A stretch of 61,958 nucleotides of DNA, counting the filler. It is 16 parts of 16 records of this genome, joined end to end, with 100 filler letters (N's around TTAATTAATTAA, not from the genome) between each part and the next. Parts side by side here need not be neighbours in the genome. Positions count along the whole stretch, not along the records: positions 1 to 4,036 come from SRR7504441_137483; positions 4,137 to 7,479 come from SRR7504441_137608; positions 7,580 to 11,756 come from SRR7504441_137806; 13 more parts are not named here. One strand, 5' to 3'. Below are positions 1 through 11,680 of the stretch, piece by piece. The first letter of the stretch is position 1, and every line of letters starts with the position of its first letter. Made by a program: the position numbers and the translations under genes. The notes below the pieces were generated by a model. The model was not told the DNA's origin. It made no database searches and was given only the letters and a program-made list of their open reading frames with translations.

Positions 1-2
1 TG

Positions 3-3000
3 CGCTTCCTATCTGCAGAGCATCCAGACGTCTGTCTGAGGATCCAAGACCCGCTGGCAGCGCTGTTTACCGGCCCGGAGCATCGACTCTTCAGTCCAGA
101 TCAGATTGTGCAAGCGTACGAGGCCCGGTTTCCAGGTATATTTGGGCATGTGGTGGCCCGCACAGTGGTTCTGGACCAAATCGTGAACCAGCTGCTACCC
201 GAAGTGAGCCAATTGGTCATCCTGGGGGCTGGGATGGACTGCCGGGCCTACCGGATGGATGAGCTCCGCAAACCTGGAATCAAGGTTTTTGAGGTGGATA
301 CGCCATGGACGCAGCAAGCCAAGAGGCAGGTACTGGAGAGCAACCGCATCGACAGCGAGCATGTGGTTTTCGTCCCAGTAGATTTCGAGCACGACTCACT
401 GCAGAATGAGCTGCTGGCTCAAACGTACTCCACTGAACAACGAACGCTGTTCGTATGGGAGTTTGTAACCGCATATCTCAGCGAGGACGCAGTCAGCAGT
501 ACCTTGGGCTGCATTCGGAAGCTCTCGCCTCAAGGATGCTACCTGGCAACAGATTACGTCAACTCAGACATCATTCAGGGTGCAGGTGCTGAGTGCTTTC
601 CTGGTAGCTCGGAATTCCTTCGTGGGATCTCGATATTGCACGAGGATGCCTGCTGGGGTATCCCTGTGGGTGGTCAGGAACAGTTTTTTGGGGACCGTGG
701 CTTCTGTATTGAGAAGGAGTGGGGGCCAAGCGAGCTGGAGCAGTGTGGATTGGCTGGTGCTGACGGGCAGGTAATTACACCGTCTTACTGCTTCTACAAT
801 GTGGTGCTTCTGAGCTATACGTGGTCCTCGGATGAGGCTTTTGAGCCTGACCCCAAAGACAGACATCTGGATGCCTTGTTGCAGCCATTAAAATCGGCTA
901 GAATTCGCCAAGCTGTATCTGCAGCAGTGCAAGCTGTGACACGCGCTGACCAGCAGGTTTTGTTGGATCTCCCATTCATGGAGGGGCTGGGGCTTGACTC
1001 GACCGACATGGTGGAGATCTGTGTCAATCTCGGGAAGCAGCTCAACCTAGAGCTACCAGTGACACTTGCATTTGACCATCCGACTTCTAGTGGTTTAGTC
1101 AGCGCTCTCGGAGTAGATGACCATACGAGCGTTTCAAGTAGGCCACTCCTCCTCAGCAACTGTGCCACTTCCCAGTGCTGTATTGTTGCAATTCAATCCA
1201 GTGGGCCTGTGAGAACTCTGCGCTCAAATTCTATTTTGAAGATGCTCATGGGTGATTCGGGGGACCATATTCAGCCTATTCCAGTTCGTTTGAGTCCACT
1301 TGATGCGATAGTATACACCTCTCTTGGATACTTTTTACCACGTGTTGAGTGCTTTGATAGCAAATACTTCAGCATGTCACCTACCGAGGTTCATGCTACT
1401 GATCCCAATCATCGGCTGCTGCTGGAAACTGCAACACAGGCCGGATTTTCTGCTGGGTACAACAGACGAAAGATGATGGGCTCTGACTTGGGAGTGTTCC
1501 TTGGGTTTGGGAGTGAATTGGAGTGGGGTTCTTTTGTGGCGAGGTCGAGCTCAAGACCATCTACTTTCTATGCGCATGGAGTACATGCAGCAGCTGCAGC
1601 GGGGCGGCTTTCGTACTTGCTCGGACTGAAAGGCCCTTCATTAGTTGTAGATACAGCCTGCTCTGCCTCACTGGTAGCCTTGGACATAGCGACCCACAAT
1701 CTTGAGCAGAGTCGGTGCACTGCTGCCATGGTGGGAGGAATCAACATCATGCTCAGTCCCACATCTTGGACTGCTATGTGTGCTCTTAGGGCACTCGCTG
1801 CTGATGGCCGGTCCAAGACTTTTGACAGCATGGCAGATGGTTATGGGCGCGGTGAGAGCTGTTGCACAATCGTATTGAGTACACGTTTGATAAATCAGCC
1901 GAAGATTGTCGGATCTGCTGTAAATCAAGATGGACATAGTGCTCATTTGATGGCCCCTAATGGGCCTTCACAGCGCGAGGCTATTCAGGCATCCTTGGGA
2001 CTGTATGGCATCGAACTACTACAGAACCATATCATAGAAGCGCACGGAACAGGAACAGCCCTTGGCGATCCGATTGAAGTCCAGGCACTCTTGAGTGTAT
2101 TTGCAGCGTATGTCCCATCTCTGACAGTAGGTAGCATCAAAACCATGCTGGGTCATACCGAGTTTGCAGCTGGTGCAGTAGGTGTAGCAAAAGCCACAAT
2201 GCTCTTGACACAGCACACTGTGCCACCTAATCTCCACCTATGTGGCACCAACCCATTCTTAGGAATACTAGGAAAATCCGTTCCAATCAGATTGCCATCT
2301 CAGATGATGATAGTCCGAGATAGTTGTACAGTTGGAGTAAGCTCTTTTGGGTACACTGGAACCAACAGTCACGTGGTGCTAGCTGCTGCAAATGAGGCTG
2401 TCTCTTCTCAACTGACCGGCAGAATGGCAGTAGGATATGAACAATCCTCCTTTGTGTGGTGGGGAGAGATGGAGAACCAAGGTGCAAATTCAGTACCACT
2501 TGATTGCGTTTCAGCGTCGATTGTTGCTGTGGAGTACTATGCTCCCAATCTTTCGTGTTCAGTAGCAGAGATTGAAGAGCTACACGAGTGCCCTGGTAGA
2601 TACACAGTTGGTCGAGGTCAGCGGCATGTTGGATTTTGCAGCGACGATGAAGACACAATCTCGATGGCAATGACGGTATTTGAGAGGCTACTAAGTTTCT
2701 GTGGAGCACAGTTACAACAAATTGGTCGGCTTGAAGTCGGCACCGAGAGTCAAGTGGACCGTGCAAAGTCAACCAAGACATTCTTGATGGCTTTCTTTGA
2801 GCCAGAAGGTCTCCATAGTGTGGAGGGCATTGACACCTATAATGCGTGTTACGGCGGTACAAATGCGCTTTTCAACTCCGCGAGCTGGATCCAAAGTAGT
2901 GCATGGAGTGGACAGTACAGTGTAGTGCTATGCTCTGACCCAGCCGTGCATCCGCAACCTGAAGCGCTCTCTGGCATTGGGGCGTCGTCTGTGGCGTTGC

Positions 3001-4036
3001 TGGTAGGTGCTGAGGCAGGAATGGAGCTCGAGCCGGTGCGTGTATCATTCATGAAGCACGCTTGGGACTTTTATCGGCCCATTGGCTGGCACAACAATGA
3101 TGCCTTGATCGACATGGACACCGCAACAGCACAATATGAGCAGGCGCTGCTTTGGTGTCAGTCGCAGTTCTTTACAGAACACGGTATTGTTGACTTTCTC
3201 TCAGAGTATAACCACGTCGTGTTCCATAACAATGCCCCATATCACTCCAAGCGTAATCTCCGGCTGATGTGCGACTCTGCCTTAGGCAAGCTATCTCGAG
3301 AACGGCATGAAGAGCTGTACCAGCATCATGTAGCTCCAGGGGTGGCGATCAGCGCTGAAAATGCCACGACCTATACGTGCCCGTTGTACGCCTCTTTGCT
3401 CTCACTTACTGCTACTCTCAACCACAAGCTTGTGGGTAAGCGAGTTTTGTGCTTCTCCTATGGCTCTGGCTGTGCAGCAAGCATGTACGGGCTATTGGTC
3501 AAGCAGCTTCCAGGGTATCCCAGGGATGTCTTCGAGCGGCTGGCAAGTAGATCTGTCAAGTCAGTGGACGAAACTATGCTCCTGGTGCAGGCGTTTGAAG
3601 ATACATTCTGTAGCTTTCCAGTCACACCAGTTCATGTTGACGATAGGCTGCCACGGGTCTTTTATTTGTCCTCTGTGGATGAGCTTGGAGTCCGGACTTA
3701 TTCACAACACGACACGAAGTCTAAGCTCAAGATCCATCCAATGTGCAGTGGTATGCTGCAGGTTGACTTGTTGCAGAGCCAGCTGAATTCGGAGTGGCTG
3801 AGTGAAGTGCTTGATGCCTTGAATGACACAATCATTTTTTTAACGCTTGGCAGCAGCATACAGCTGCAAACCAAGATGGTTAATTTCGAGCGTATCCATT
3901 TTGTGGAGCAATTGCAGCGGCGTAGCGGGCTTACAGTGATGGATTCTCATTGGGCTGCAGTTGGCAACACCCTGCCTACGCTTAGTGTTGGGCTTGCCCG
4001 CGCCAACCCCACAGAGATGTGCTTTTTGGCCCATAG
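3..4036 (+). CDS. Type I polyketide synthase fragment (5' and 3' partial): LCM-family SAM methyltransferase - ACP - KS - HMG-CoA-synthase-like domain - possible crotonase start
   Basis: Frame is open from nt 3. MT motifs QLVILGAGMDCRAYR, FEVD, VPVDF; ACP GLDS and LAFDHPT; KS DTACSASL, EAHGTGTALGDP, KTMLGH, VSSFGYTGTNSHVVL; HCS GRLEVGTESQVDRAKSTK, NACYGGT, WDFYRP, FSYGSG. No AT domain between KS and HCS. Confidence 0.9.
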
Positions 4037-4136
4037 NNNNNNNNNNNNNNNNNNNNNNNNNNNNNNNNNNNNNNNNNNNNTTAATTAATTAANNNNNNNN
4101 NNNNNNNNNNNNNNNNNNNNNNNNNNNNNNNNNNNN
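4037..4136. other. Artificial contig-joining spacer (N44-TTAATTAATTAA-N44); 15 copies in the window
   Basis: Identical 100-nt six-frame-stop linker at 4037, 7480, 11757, 15157, 18963, 22618, 27300, 31328, 34891, 38638, 42298, 45613, 49015, 54824 and 58385. Confidence 0.98.
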
Positions 4137-4485
4137 TACGTTGAGTAACTCATCTGCAGCCGGTCCTCGCCGCCGTCGAATGCAATTCCCTGATTTCCTG
4201 GACCAGCGTGATTCCGATCAGCTTCATCGCAGCTTCATCGGGCCACCTGGCGGGCTCGTCTGGTCTCGCCCGGCCCTGGCTGCTCGCTCGGCGCTCACCG
4301 GAGTAGGCTCATGCAGCTGAATCAGCTAGTGTCACACCGAGTCCCTTCGGTCGCAAGCTGACCGGCGGGGGTTACAGCATTTAGCCGCTCTCAATGCCGA
4401 TTTGGCCACCCGTCAAGCTGCGGCCGCCAACACCGAGATCAACCAACGACTCGACCAGCTCGCGCCGATCAATGAGGCGCCTACG

Positions 4486-7460
4486 ATGCCCGGCACGACC
4501 AGCCCACCCGCTGAGGTGAGAGTGCAATTAGTTGATTGTAGAACGACTGATATGCGCGGGCGGTGCACAGAAGAGTACCACTGTTGGACGCACGAAAGTA
4601 CCGCCCGCCAGCCAGGTTCATCGCCGCATCTCCGTCGCACTGTCGCACTGTCGAGCCGCTCCCTAATTCCCGTGTGTAGGTGCCTACAATTGCAGCCACA
4701 GCTGAGAAATTGGTTGCACTTCGAGTAACCAAGTCGGTGCTCGTGACCGACTTTGATGGGACGCTGACTGATGACGATGGAACTGTCCCAGCAAGTGTGC
4801 ACACTCGATTGAAAGAGCTCAAACAGGCGGGAGTATCCATTGTGGTTTCGACTGGTCGCTCTGTCGCATGGGGCCAAATGATGGAAGCGACCTGGCCAGT
4901 GGACGCCGTCATTGCTGAGAACGGCGCTTACATTATTCATGGTGGAGTGACAGAAGCTCAGTTTCAGCCGGATGTGGAACGCCAGACTCTCATCGATAAA
5001 ATCTCCGAGATGGGCCTCACCTTGGCATCCGATACTGGAGGTCGTGGATGTGATGTGGCAATATCCCTCCACAAACAGGATGACGCACCTCCAGAACTTC
5101 ATGATTGGCTGTTATTGCATGGATGGGTGTTTACATTTGGCAAAGTTTGTGGTGGCATGCACATGAACATGTGGAAAGGGCATCATTCCAAGGCTCGCAC
5201 AGTTTCGAAGTATCTGACTATGATTGGCTGCACACCCGAGGACGCTGTTTGTGTTGGAGATTCGCCAAATGACCGCGGCCTTTTCGAACTCATTCCAGCC
5301 AGCTTTGGGGTTGCAGGAGTATGCCAGTTTGGTGATCTACGGGATGCAGTTGCAACCATCACGCAGGGTGATGGAGCCGACGGATGGTTGGAAGCCACTG
5401 CTCTTGCGTTTCAGCTTGAGGCATATGCAACATTGGTGACTAATGATTTCTATGTCACTGGAGCTGTGGCACTGGCCAAGTCCCTGGCGGCTACTGGTAC
5501 CAACCGCCCTCTTATTTGCCTCACAGGAAGCGGAGTCACGTCTACTCAGGCTCTCACAGACGTTGGGGTGACTGTGATTCAGGTCGATGCGCTTCCACTT
5601 TCCTGTGAGTTTAAGGAGCGCCACAACCTAGAGGAGATACAAAAGTCCCACCCCTACAACTCCAAAGCACTGGGTGGCAAGAAGCCAAACTGCTTCAAGA
5701 ATCTCGACAACTTCATGAAACTTCGACTATGGCAACAGACCAGATTCTCAAAGATCGTCTACCTTGATGCAGACACTGTGGTGGTCCAACAGATAGACGA
5801 GCTCTTTGATTACCCAGAATTTTCTTGTTCCCACAACATGCACGTAGACTTTCACCAGATGAACAAGATGAATTCTGGAGTCTTTGTGATGAAGCCCTCT
5901 GCCCAAACCTTTGATCAAATGATGCATGTGCTGCAGACTTCCGATCGGTTATATCATCGTACTGACCAAACTTTTCTGGAAGAGTTCTATGCTGAAAGGA
6001 CGCATGCTCTCGACTTCAAGTACAACGCCTTGCAGTATTTGTATCTCACTGCTCCAAATGCCTGGGACTGGTCAAGAATCAAAGTAGTACACTACATCAT
6101 GCAAAAGCCCTGGGACAGTGCCAAACCTGCGAGACCAGACCTCCAACCTCTCTGGCAACTGTGGCAGAGCGCATATCAATGTGATGTGCGGGGTTCCGAC
6201 AATTCGACGAATCTGATTCCGACACAGGATGGTGGGAATGAATCAGCCAGACTTCGACCAGACGAGCACCAGCACGGCCGAGGTTCTGACGCCAAACGCA
6301 TCATTGTTGTAGGTGGCGATGGTTTCTGTGGGTGGCCTTTAGCATTGCACATGTCACATCTTGGTCACGAAGTTGTCATTGTCGACAACTTATCGCGGCG
6401 CAGCATTGACCAAGAGCTTGGGGTGGGTTCCTTGACTCCCATTGCTGAGATCCATGAGCGTCTAGAAACATGGAATGCAGTGACTGGATTGACCATTCGA
6501 TTCGAACAGATTGATGTTGCCAAAGAGTACATCAAATTCAAAGATTTGGTAGAAACCTTCAGCCCAACCACCATTGTGCATTTTGGCGAGCAACGCTCTG
6601 CACCCTACTCGATGAAGAGTACCAAAACTCGGCAATACACCGTTGATAACAATGTCAACTCCACGCACAACATCCTGAACGCCATTCTAGAAACAAATAG
6701 GGAGATCCACCTCGTGCACTTGGGCACAATGGGTGTCTATGGTTATGGTGCAGTGCCTAACACCATCATCCCTGAGGGGTATGTGAAAGTTCAAATGCAG
6801 AACAGGGAGGGTGATTGGAATGAATGTGAGATATTGCATCCTGCATATCCGGGAAGTGTCTATCACACCACCAAGGTTTTGGATGCGTCGCTGCTAGCTT
6901 TCTATTCGAAAAACTACGACCTGGCAATCACGGACCTGCACCAAGGCATCATCTGGGGGCTGCACACAGCGGAAACAAAACTTCACCCCAAACTGATCAA
7001 CCGGCTTGACTACGACAGCGATTATGGTACGGTACTCAACCGCTTTGTCATCCAAGCGGCATGTGGAGTTCCTTTAACTGTCTACGGCACTGGAGGCCAG
7101 ACACGAGCATTTATTCACATCCAAAACAGCGTGCAATGCCTTGAGTTGGCCATCATGAACCCGCCTTCGCCGTCCGACCGTGTCAAGATCTTCAATCAAA
7201 TGACTGAAACTAGGCGGGTCTCAGATCTGGCAAAAATCATCGGATCATTGTTCCCAAACACGACAGTACAGCATCTCGAGAACCCGCGAAGGGAATTGGT
7301 TGAAAATGACCTCCAAGTCCACAACGATCAGTTCTTAGATCTTGGGCTCAAGCCAATCTATTTGGACGACGAACAAATGAGCGAAATTTACAATGCCGTG
7401 AAGGAGTATACAAAGATTGTTGATGAGAAGTACATGCTCCCAATGAGCTTTTGGAAGTGA
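4486..7460 (+). CDS. sqdB: Trifunctional fusion: HAD-IIB phosphatase + SqdD-like GT8 glycosyltransferase + SqdB UDP-sulfoquinovose synthase
   Basis: One uninterrupted ORF 4680-7460. HAD motifs TDFDGT, STGRS, ENGA, SK, GDSPND (about 4730-5410); GT8 AYATLVTND, LDNFMKLRLW, YLDAD, NSGVFV, TDQTFL, HY..QKPW (about 5418-6180); SqdB GGDGFCGWP, EQRSAPYSM, HLGTMGVYG, YHTTK, DLHQGIIWG, DYGTVLNRF (about 6294-7460). Predicted phase-0 intron 4516-4679 (GTGAG...TAG) joins an upstream ATG at 4486; true start uncertain. Confidence 0.92.
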
Positions 7461-7691
7461 TGACATTCCCCATCAAGCCNNNNNNNNNNNNNNNNNNNNN
7501 NNNNNNNNNNNNNNNNNNNNNNNTTAATTAATTAANNNNNNNNNNNNNNNNNNNNNNNNNNNNNNNNNNNNNNNNNNNNCTCGAGCTCCCGCGGCAGCTC
7601 CCACTGAGCCAGACCACCCTGCTCGCGGACTCGCGGCTTGTTCCTCAGTCGCTGTTCCGGCCATGGTTCGTCCGTTGGCCCTCTCTGTGCC

Positions 7692-9220
7692 ATGAGCCTG
7701 GCGCTGCGCACGCGGCTGGCCCACCGGGCCGGGCGGCTGCTCGCCGCGGCAGCCAGCTGCTCACAGTACCCGATCCGGGCGGTTGGACCGCTGGCGCTCC
7801 TGCTGGTCCTGCACCGATGCTACACCCGCCCCGGGGCGATCTGGCGGCTGCTGCGGCAGGCCGGCCGGCTTTGGCTCTCTCTGGAGGCGCTCGGGCTATT
7901 GTTTTATTTTTGGCAGGCCCGGCGGCTCTCGGCCCGGGCCAAGCCGCCCCCTATGCGCGGGGATAAGCTGACTGAGCTGCGGCGATGCCTCGCAGCAACA
8001 GACGAGATCGCGCGCTCCATCGAGGTCAGCGGCCGGGCGGCGGAGGGGGCCTCCCTGGAGGAAGCGCTGCGCCGTGGGGGGACTGGGGCACCAGCGCGGT
8101 TCAGCGAGGCGCAGATGACGGCGCTGAAGCGGTCGGAGCTCGGCCTGTGGTTTATGGGCGAGCCGACGAGCGGGTTACGGCGGGGGAATCTGGAGGAGTG
8201 GCTGGCCTGGGCCTTCTGGGATGGCACGCCCGAGGAGATCGCGGGCGGGTCGGAGCGGGCGCTGTTGGATAGGATGGTGGACGAGACAGCCCGATGGGCG
8301 AGCCTGTGGCCGCTGCCCAAAGGTAAAGAGCCGGGATTGCGGTGCATGAGGCTGACTATAGACCCAGTCCAGTCGGTATACAGACCGCTGGCATTCTACG
8401 CCGTCACACAGCTGTCTGTGATGGCCTGCACCAGCGTCGCAATGGCATGGCTCGGGTTTGAGCGTCACTGTGCAGGCTCGCTTCGGTACTGGCGTCGCGG
8501 CTCCGATTCTCTGAGAGAACCGCTGGTTTTCTGCCACGGTCTAGGCGTGGGCATCCTGCCCTACCTGCCTCTGCTGAGCCAGCTGATCGGCTCCGGTCGG
8601 GTCGGATCGATTTTCTGCGTGGAGCTCCCGCACATCAGCATGCGTATGAAGCGACAAGTACCGTCAGCGTCGGAGTTGGTTTCGAACATCGAAGACATGC
8701 TCGCAGCCTGGCACGTCCAGTCTGCGCACTTCATGGGCCACTCGTTCGGGTCGGTTGTGGTGTCTTGGATGACCAAGCGCAGCCGGTCGCTAATCAGTCG
8801 TGCCACCTTCCTCGATCCAGTTGTATTCCTGTTGTGCAAAGCGGACGTTGCTTACAACTTTGTTTACCGGGAGCCTCGGAACGGACTGGAGTCGTGCATG
8901 CAATACTTTGTAGCACGCGAGCTATATATAGCACACTCGCTTGGCCGGCATTTTATCTGGCACGAGTGCATCCTCTGGCCCGACGATTTGAGCTACCCTC
9001 AGGTTTCGAATAGTCGAGTGTAGTTGTTTTGATTAGGGTTGGGGTGCAGGGGGCACTGGTCTTACTCAGCGGGCGGGATTCGATCATCCCAGCTCACACA
9101 GTCCGGCAGTACTTGGAGTCTCATCGGGTGGATGTGTGCTTCTTGCCCGAGTTTGAGCACGCCCAGTTCCTGCTCTATCCGACCGAGAGGGAGGCCCTGA
9201 TCGAGCGTGCGTTTGCTTAG
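7692..9220 (+). CDS. Membrane-anchored alpha/beta hydrolase fold protein (2 exons)
   Basis: Motifs PLVFCHGLG, GHSFG and terminal EHAQFL; N-terminal hydrophobic segments; in-frame GT-AG intron 9003-9049 links ORF 7638-9023 to ORF 9029-9220. Confidence 0.8.
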
Positions 9221-9420
9221 TTAATTAACGTGAGTCGGAACTGATGTTCAGTGACAGTCGTACGTACTTAACCGACTACTCTGGTCAACTTGTATAGTAA
9301 TGAAAATGAAATGGGTTTAAATTGATGCATGATCAGTTTCTATTAGGTTCCTATCTAGTTCCTATCGTGACATTTTGTTGTATCCATATGTACACATATG
9401 TATCCATATGCAATCCAAAC

Positions 9421-11680
9421 TTATAAGTGGGTAGCTTTGTACGATCGCTTTTGAGGCCTGCACAGGTACAACTCTTCGAGGATGACAGACCGGAAGTTGC
9501 GCGAGGACATATATGCGTGGTGGCCGATCCCTGGGACGATATGAACCCTCCGGTTCTCATCTTGCTGGACGAAGAGCAGCAGAGTCGACCGGTCCATCCA
9601 CGAAACCTCCCCAAACACAAAGCACGTGTTGGCCGGCCAGCGGATTGGAGCACTTTCGAGCGGCTCCTTGGCCCACAGCTGGCTGGTTCGCGCCAAGGTC
9701 TGGCCGGCCAACGGATTATGCAAGCCACAGGGCGAGCTCACCTGGAACGCCTTCTCACCAGGCCCAGACTTGGAGATCTGACACTGCTGTAGGTACACCG
9801 CCACGTCCTGTGCGGCCTCGTCCACCTGCGTTTCCTGCACACATGTATCAGGCCATCCCCTGCAAGCAATGCAGACACACCCATAATTGCGCGAATTCGG
9901 AAGCTGCTGGAGAGAAAAAGTCCTGAAAGTCGCCTATCTCGGGCGGCACGTAGAACAGCCCGCTGGGTCCCCAAGGACCTGCAGCTCGTGCAAATTTGAG
10001 CGGATTCTTGATCTATTTGGCCGGGTCAGAGCTGGCTCCGCGCAGGGCTCGGACCTTGCCGAGGAAACGGACCAATGAGGTGAAGGTGACCACGGCGCCT
10101 TGGGGCTCTTTGAGCAGACCCCAGGGCTCGACAAGAATAATCTGAGGGTCTCAGAGACTCAGACAGGTCGTTGGGATGGTGCGACCTGCGTGACTCTACT
10201 GGGGTGCGTGTGGGCGTAATGGGCGGCCACAAATGCTCCAAATGAATGGGCTACAATTGAGACTTTCTCGAGTTTGTTGGCCACCTGCGACAGCACAAGT
10301 TGGCCCACTCAAAGCTTAAGTTCTTGCCTGCCAGTCTGCTAGCGGGTCAATAAAATAATGAATGGCAGAGTCGACATCGACCCCTTGGAAGTCTAGATGG
10401 CTGCCCACAATTCAGTGGCACACAGAGGCTCATAGCAACGGCACCTAGAGCATCCAAACCCAGGTAGGTCCAGTGCATGCAGTGTAAACTCGTCTGCTAG
10501 ACTGGCCATCGTCTGGGCCCAAATAGCAAGCCCGGTGCTGTCCAACGACAGGTCAGATCGAGTGCCGAATCAGGCGGTCACCCATAGCCATGGAGGAAGA
10601 GGACGTGACTGTCGCCTTGGCCACACTTGGCACAATTTATGTACCCGCTTCCGTATCGAGTGGCGACCCTATACGACGTGAACTTGGCGCTGGCCTCCTT
10701 GAGCAGATTCGCCTCGGCTTGCACGCCGGCCGCCACGCCAGTGAACGCAGAGTCAATTCGTGTGTGGAGCAGCATGGGAACACAGGCCTGGGCATCTGCC
10801 AGCGCTTTACAGCTCACATCCCAGTTGCCATTCTTCCTCCAAACCCCGCTGTACTTGCCCAGACTCATCCCGAGCGCGTTTTCTATGAAAGTGCCCCACT
10901 CGCTCTCCGGGACCTGATCGATGCAGGCCCGAGCGTACAGCTCCTCGTTTGAGACGTTGAGCTTTGAATGCGGGTAACTGATCGATTTGAGCACCTTCAG
11001 CACGTTGCGAGTCAGCCCGACAAGCGCGCCGATTACAGTTAGTCACAGCGCCCACCTTAATCTCCATGCAGGTCGCAATGAACCGATGCTCCCGAATCTG
11101 CACCCTCCGATTGCCCGCAATCCCCAACCGCCGCCCTCACCTTGCGCTCGATCCGCTCCTTCAGGAAGAGCTCCCAGTCTCCCTCTTCCACCTCGGCGGC
11201 CCTGCTCTCCTCATACAGTTCATCGCTACTCAGGTGCATCCGGGATGAGATGCTGTTGGCCGCGAACGATTCCTGCACGCCGCAGCAGGCCAGCTTGAAC
11301 CTTAGCTTTGGAGGCATCCGCAGCAAGTCACAGCTGCCGCGCCACGCCCGCATAGCCCGGTTCAACTGCAGCTTGGCCCAACGACGGAGCGAGGCCCCGA
11401 CGATCTGGATCACCTGTCCGTTACCGTTAAAAAGCCGTTGCAGCCGCAGCGCACTGTGTGCTGCCAGGCCGCGCAGCGGCGCCACCGCCGGAGGGGCAAT
11501 CGGCAGCCGTCGAGCGGTCGAGGCGGCGGGGGCGCCCAACGTGACCAGGCGGATCGGAGCGCGCTCGCACCCGCCGGCGCCTCGGGAGCCGGCCGACTGA
11601 GCGGCTCAACGGACTCCATCAGCCGCTGTCCAGCCCAGCCATGCAGCAACTCCCCTGTGTGGAGCACCAGCAACGGCAAA
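9421..11680 (-). CDS. Multi-exon ABHD4/5-like alpha/beta hydrolase with an N-terminal extension (start uncertain)
   Basis: Exons read VLFLHGYG, LHALDLPGFGCSR, IVAHSFGAFVAAHYA, FVFGEVSWMD and VPGIGHHAY, separated by short introns. Confidence 0.7.

Noticed and set aside
4037-4136. Recurrent TTAATTAATTAA flanked by Ns as a biological repeat or CRISPR-like array
   Set aside because: It is a synthetic six-frame-stop scaffold linker.
1-7479. PKS and Sqd fusion as one biosynthetic gene cluster
   Set aside because: They are on different contigs separated by an artificial spacer; linkage is unsupported.
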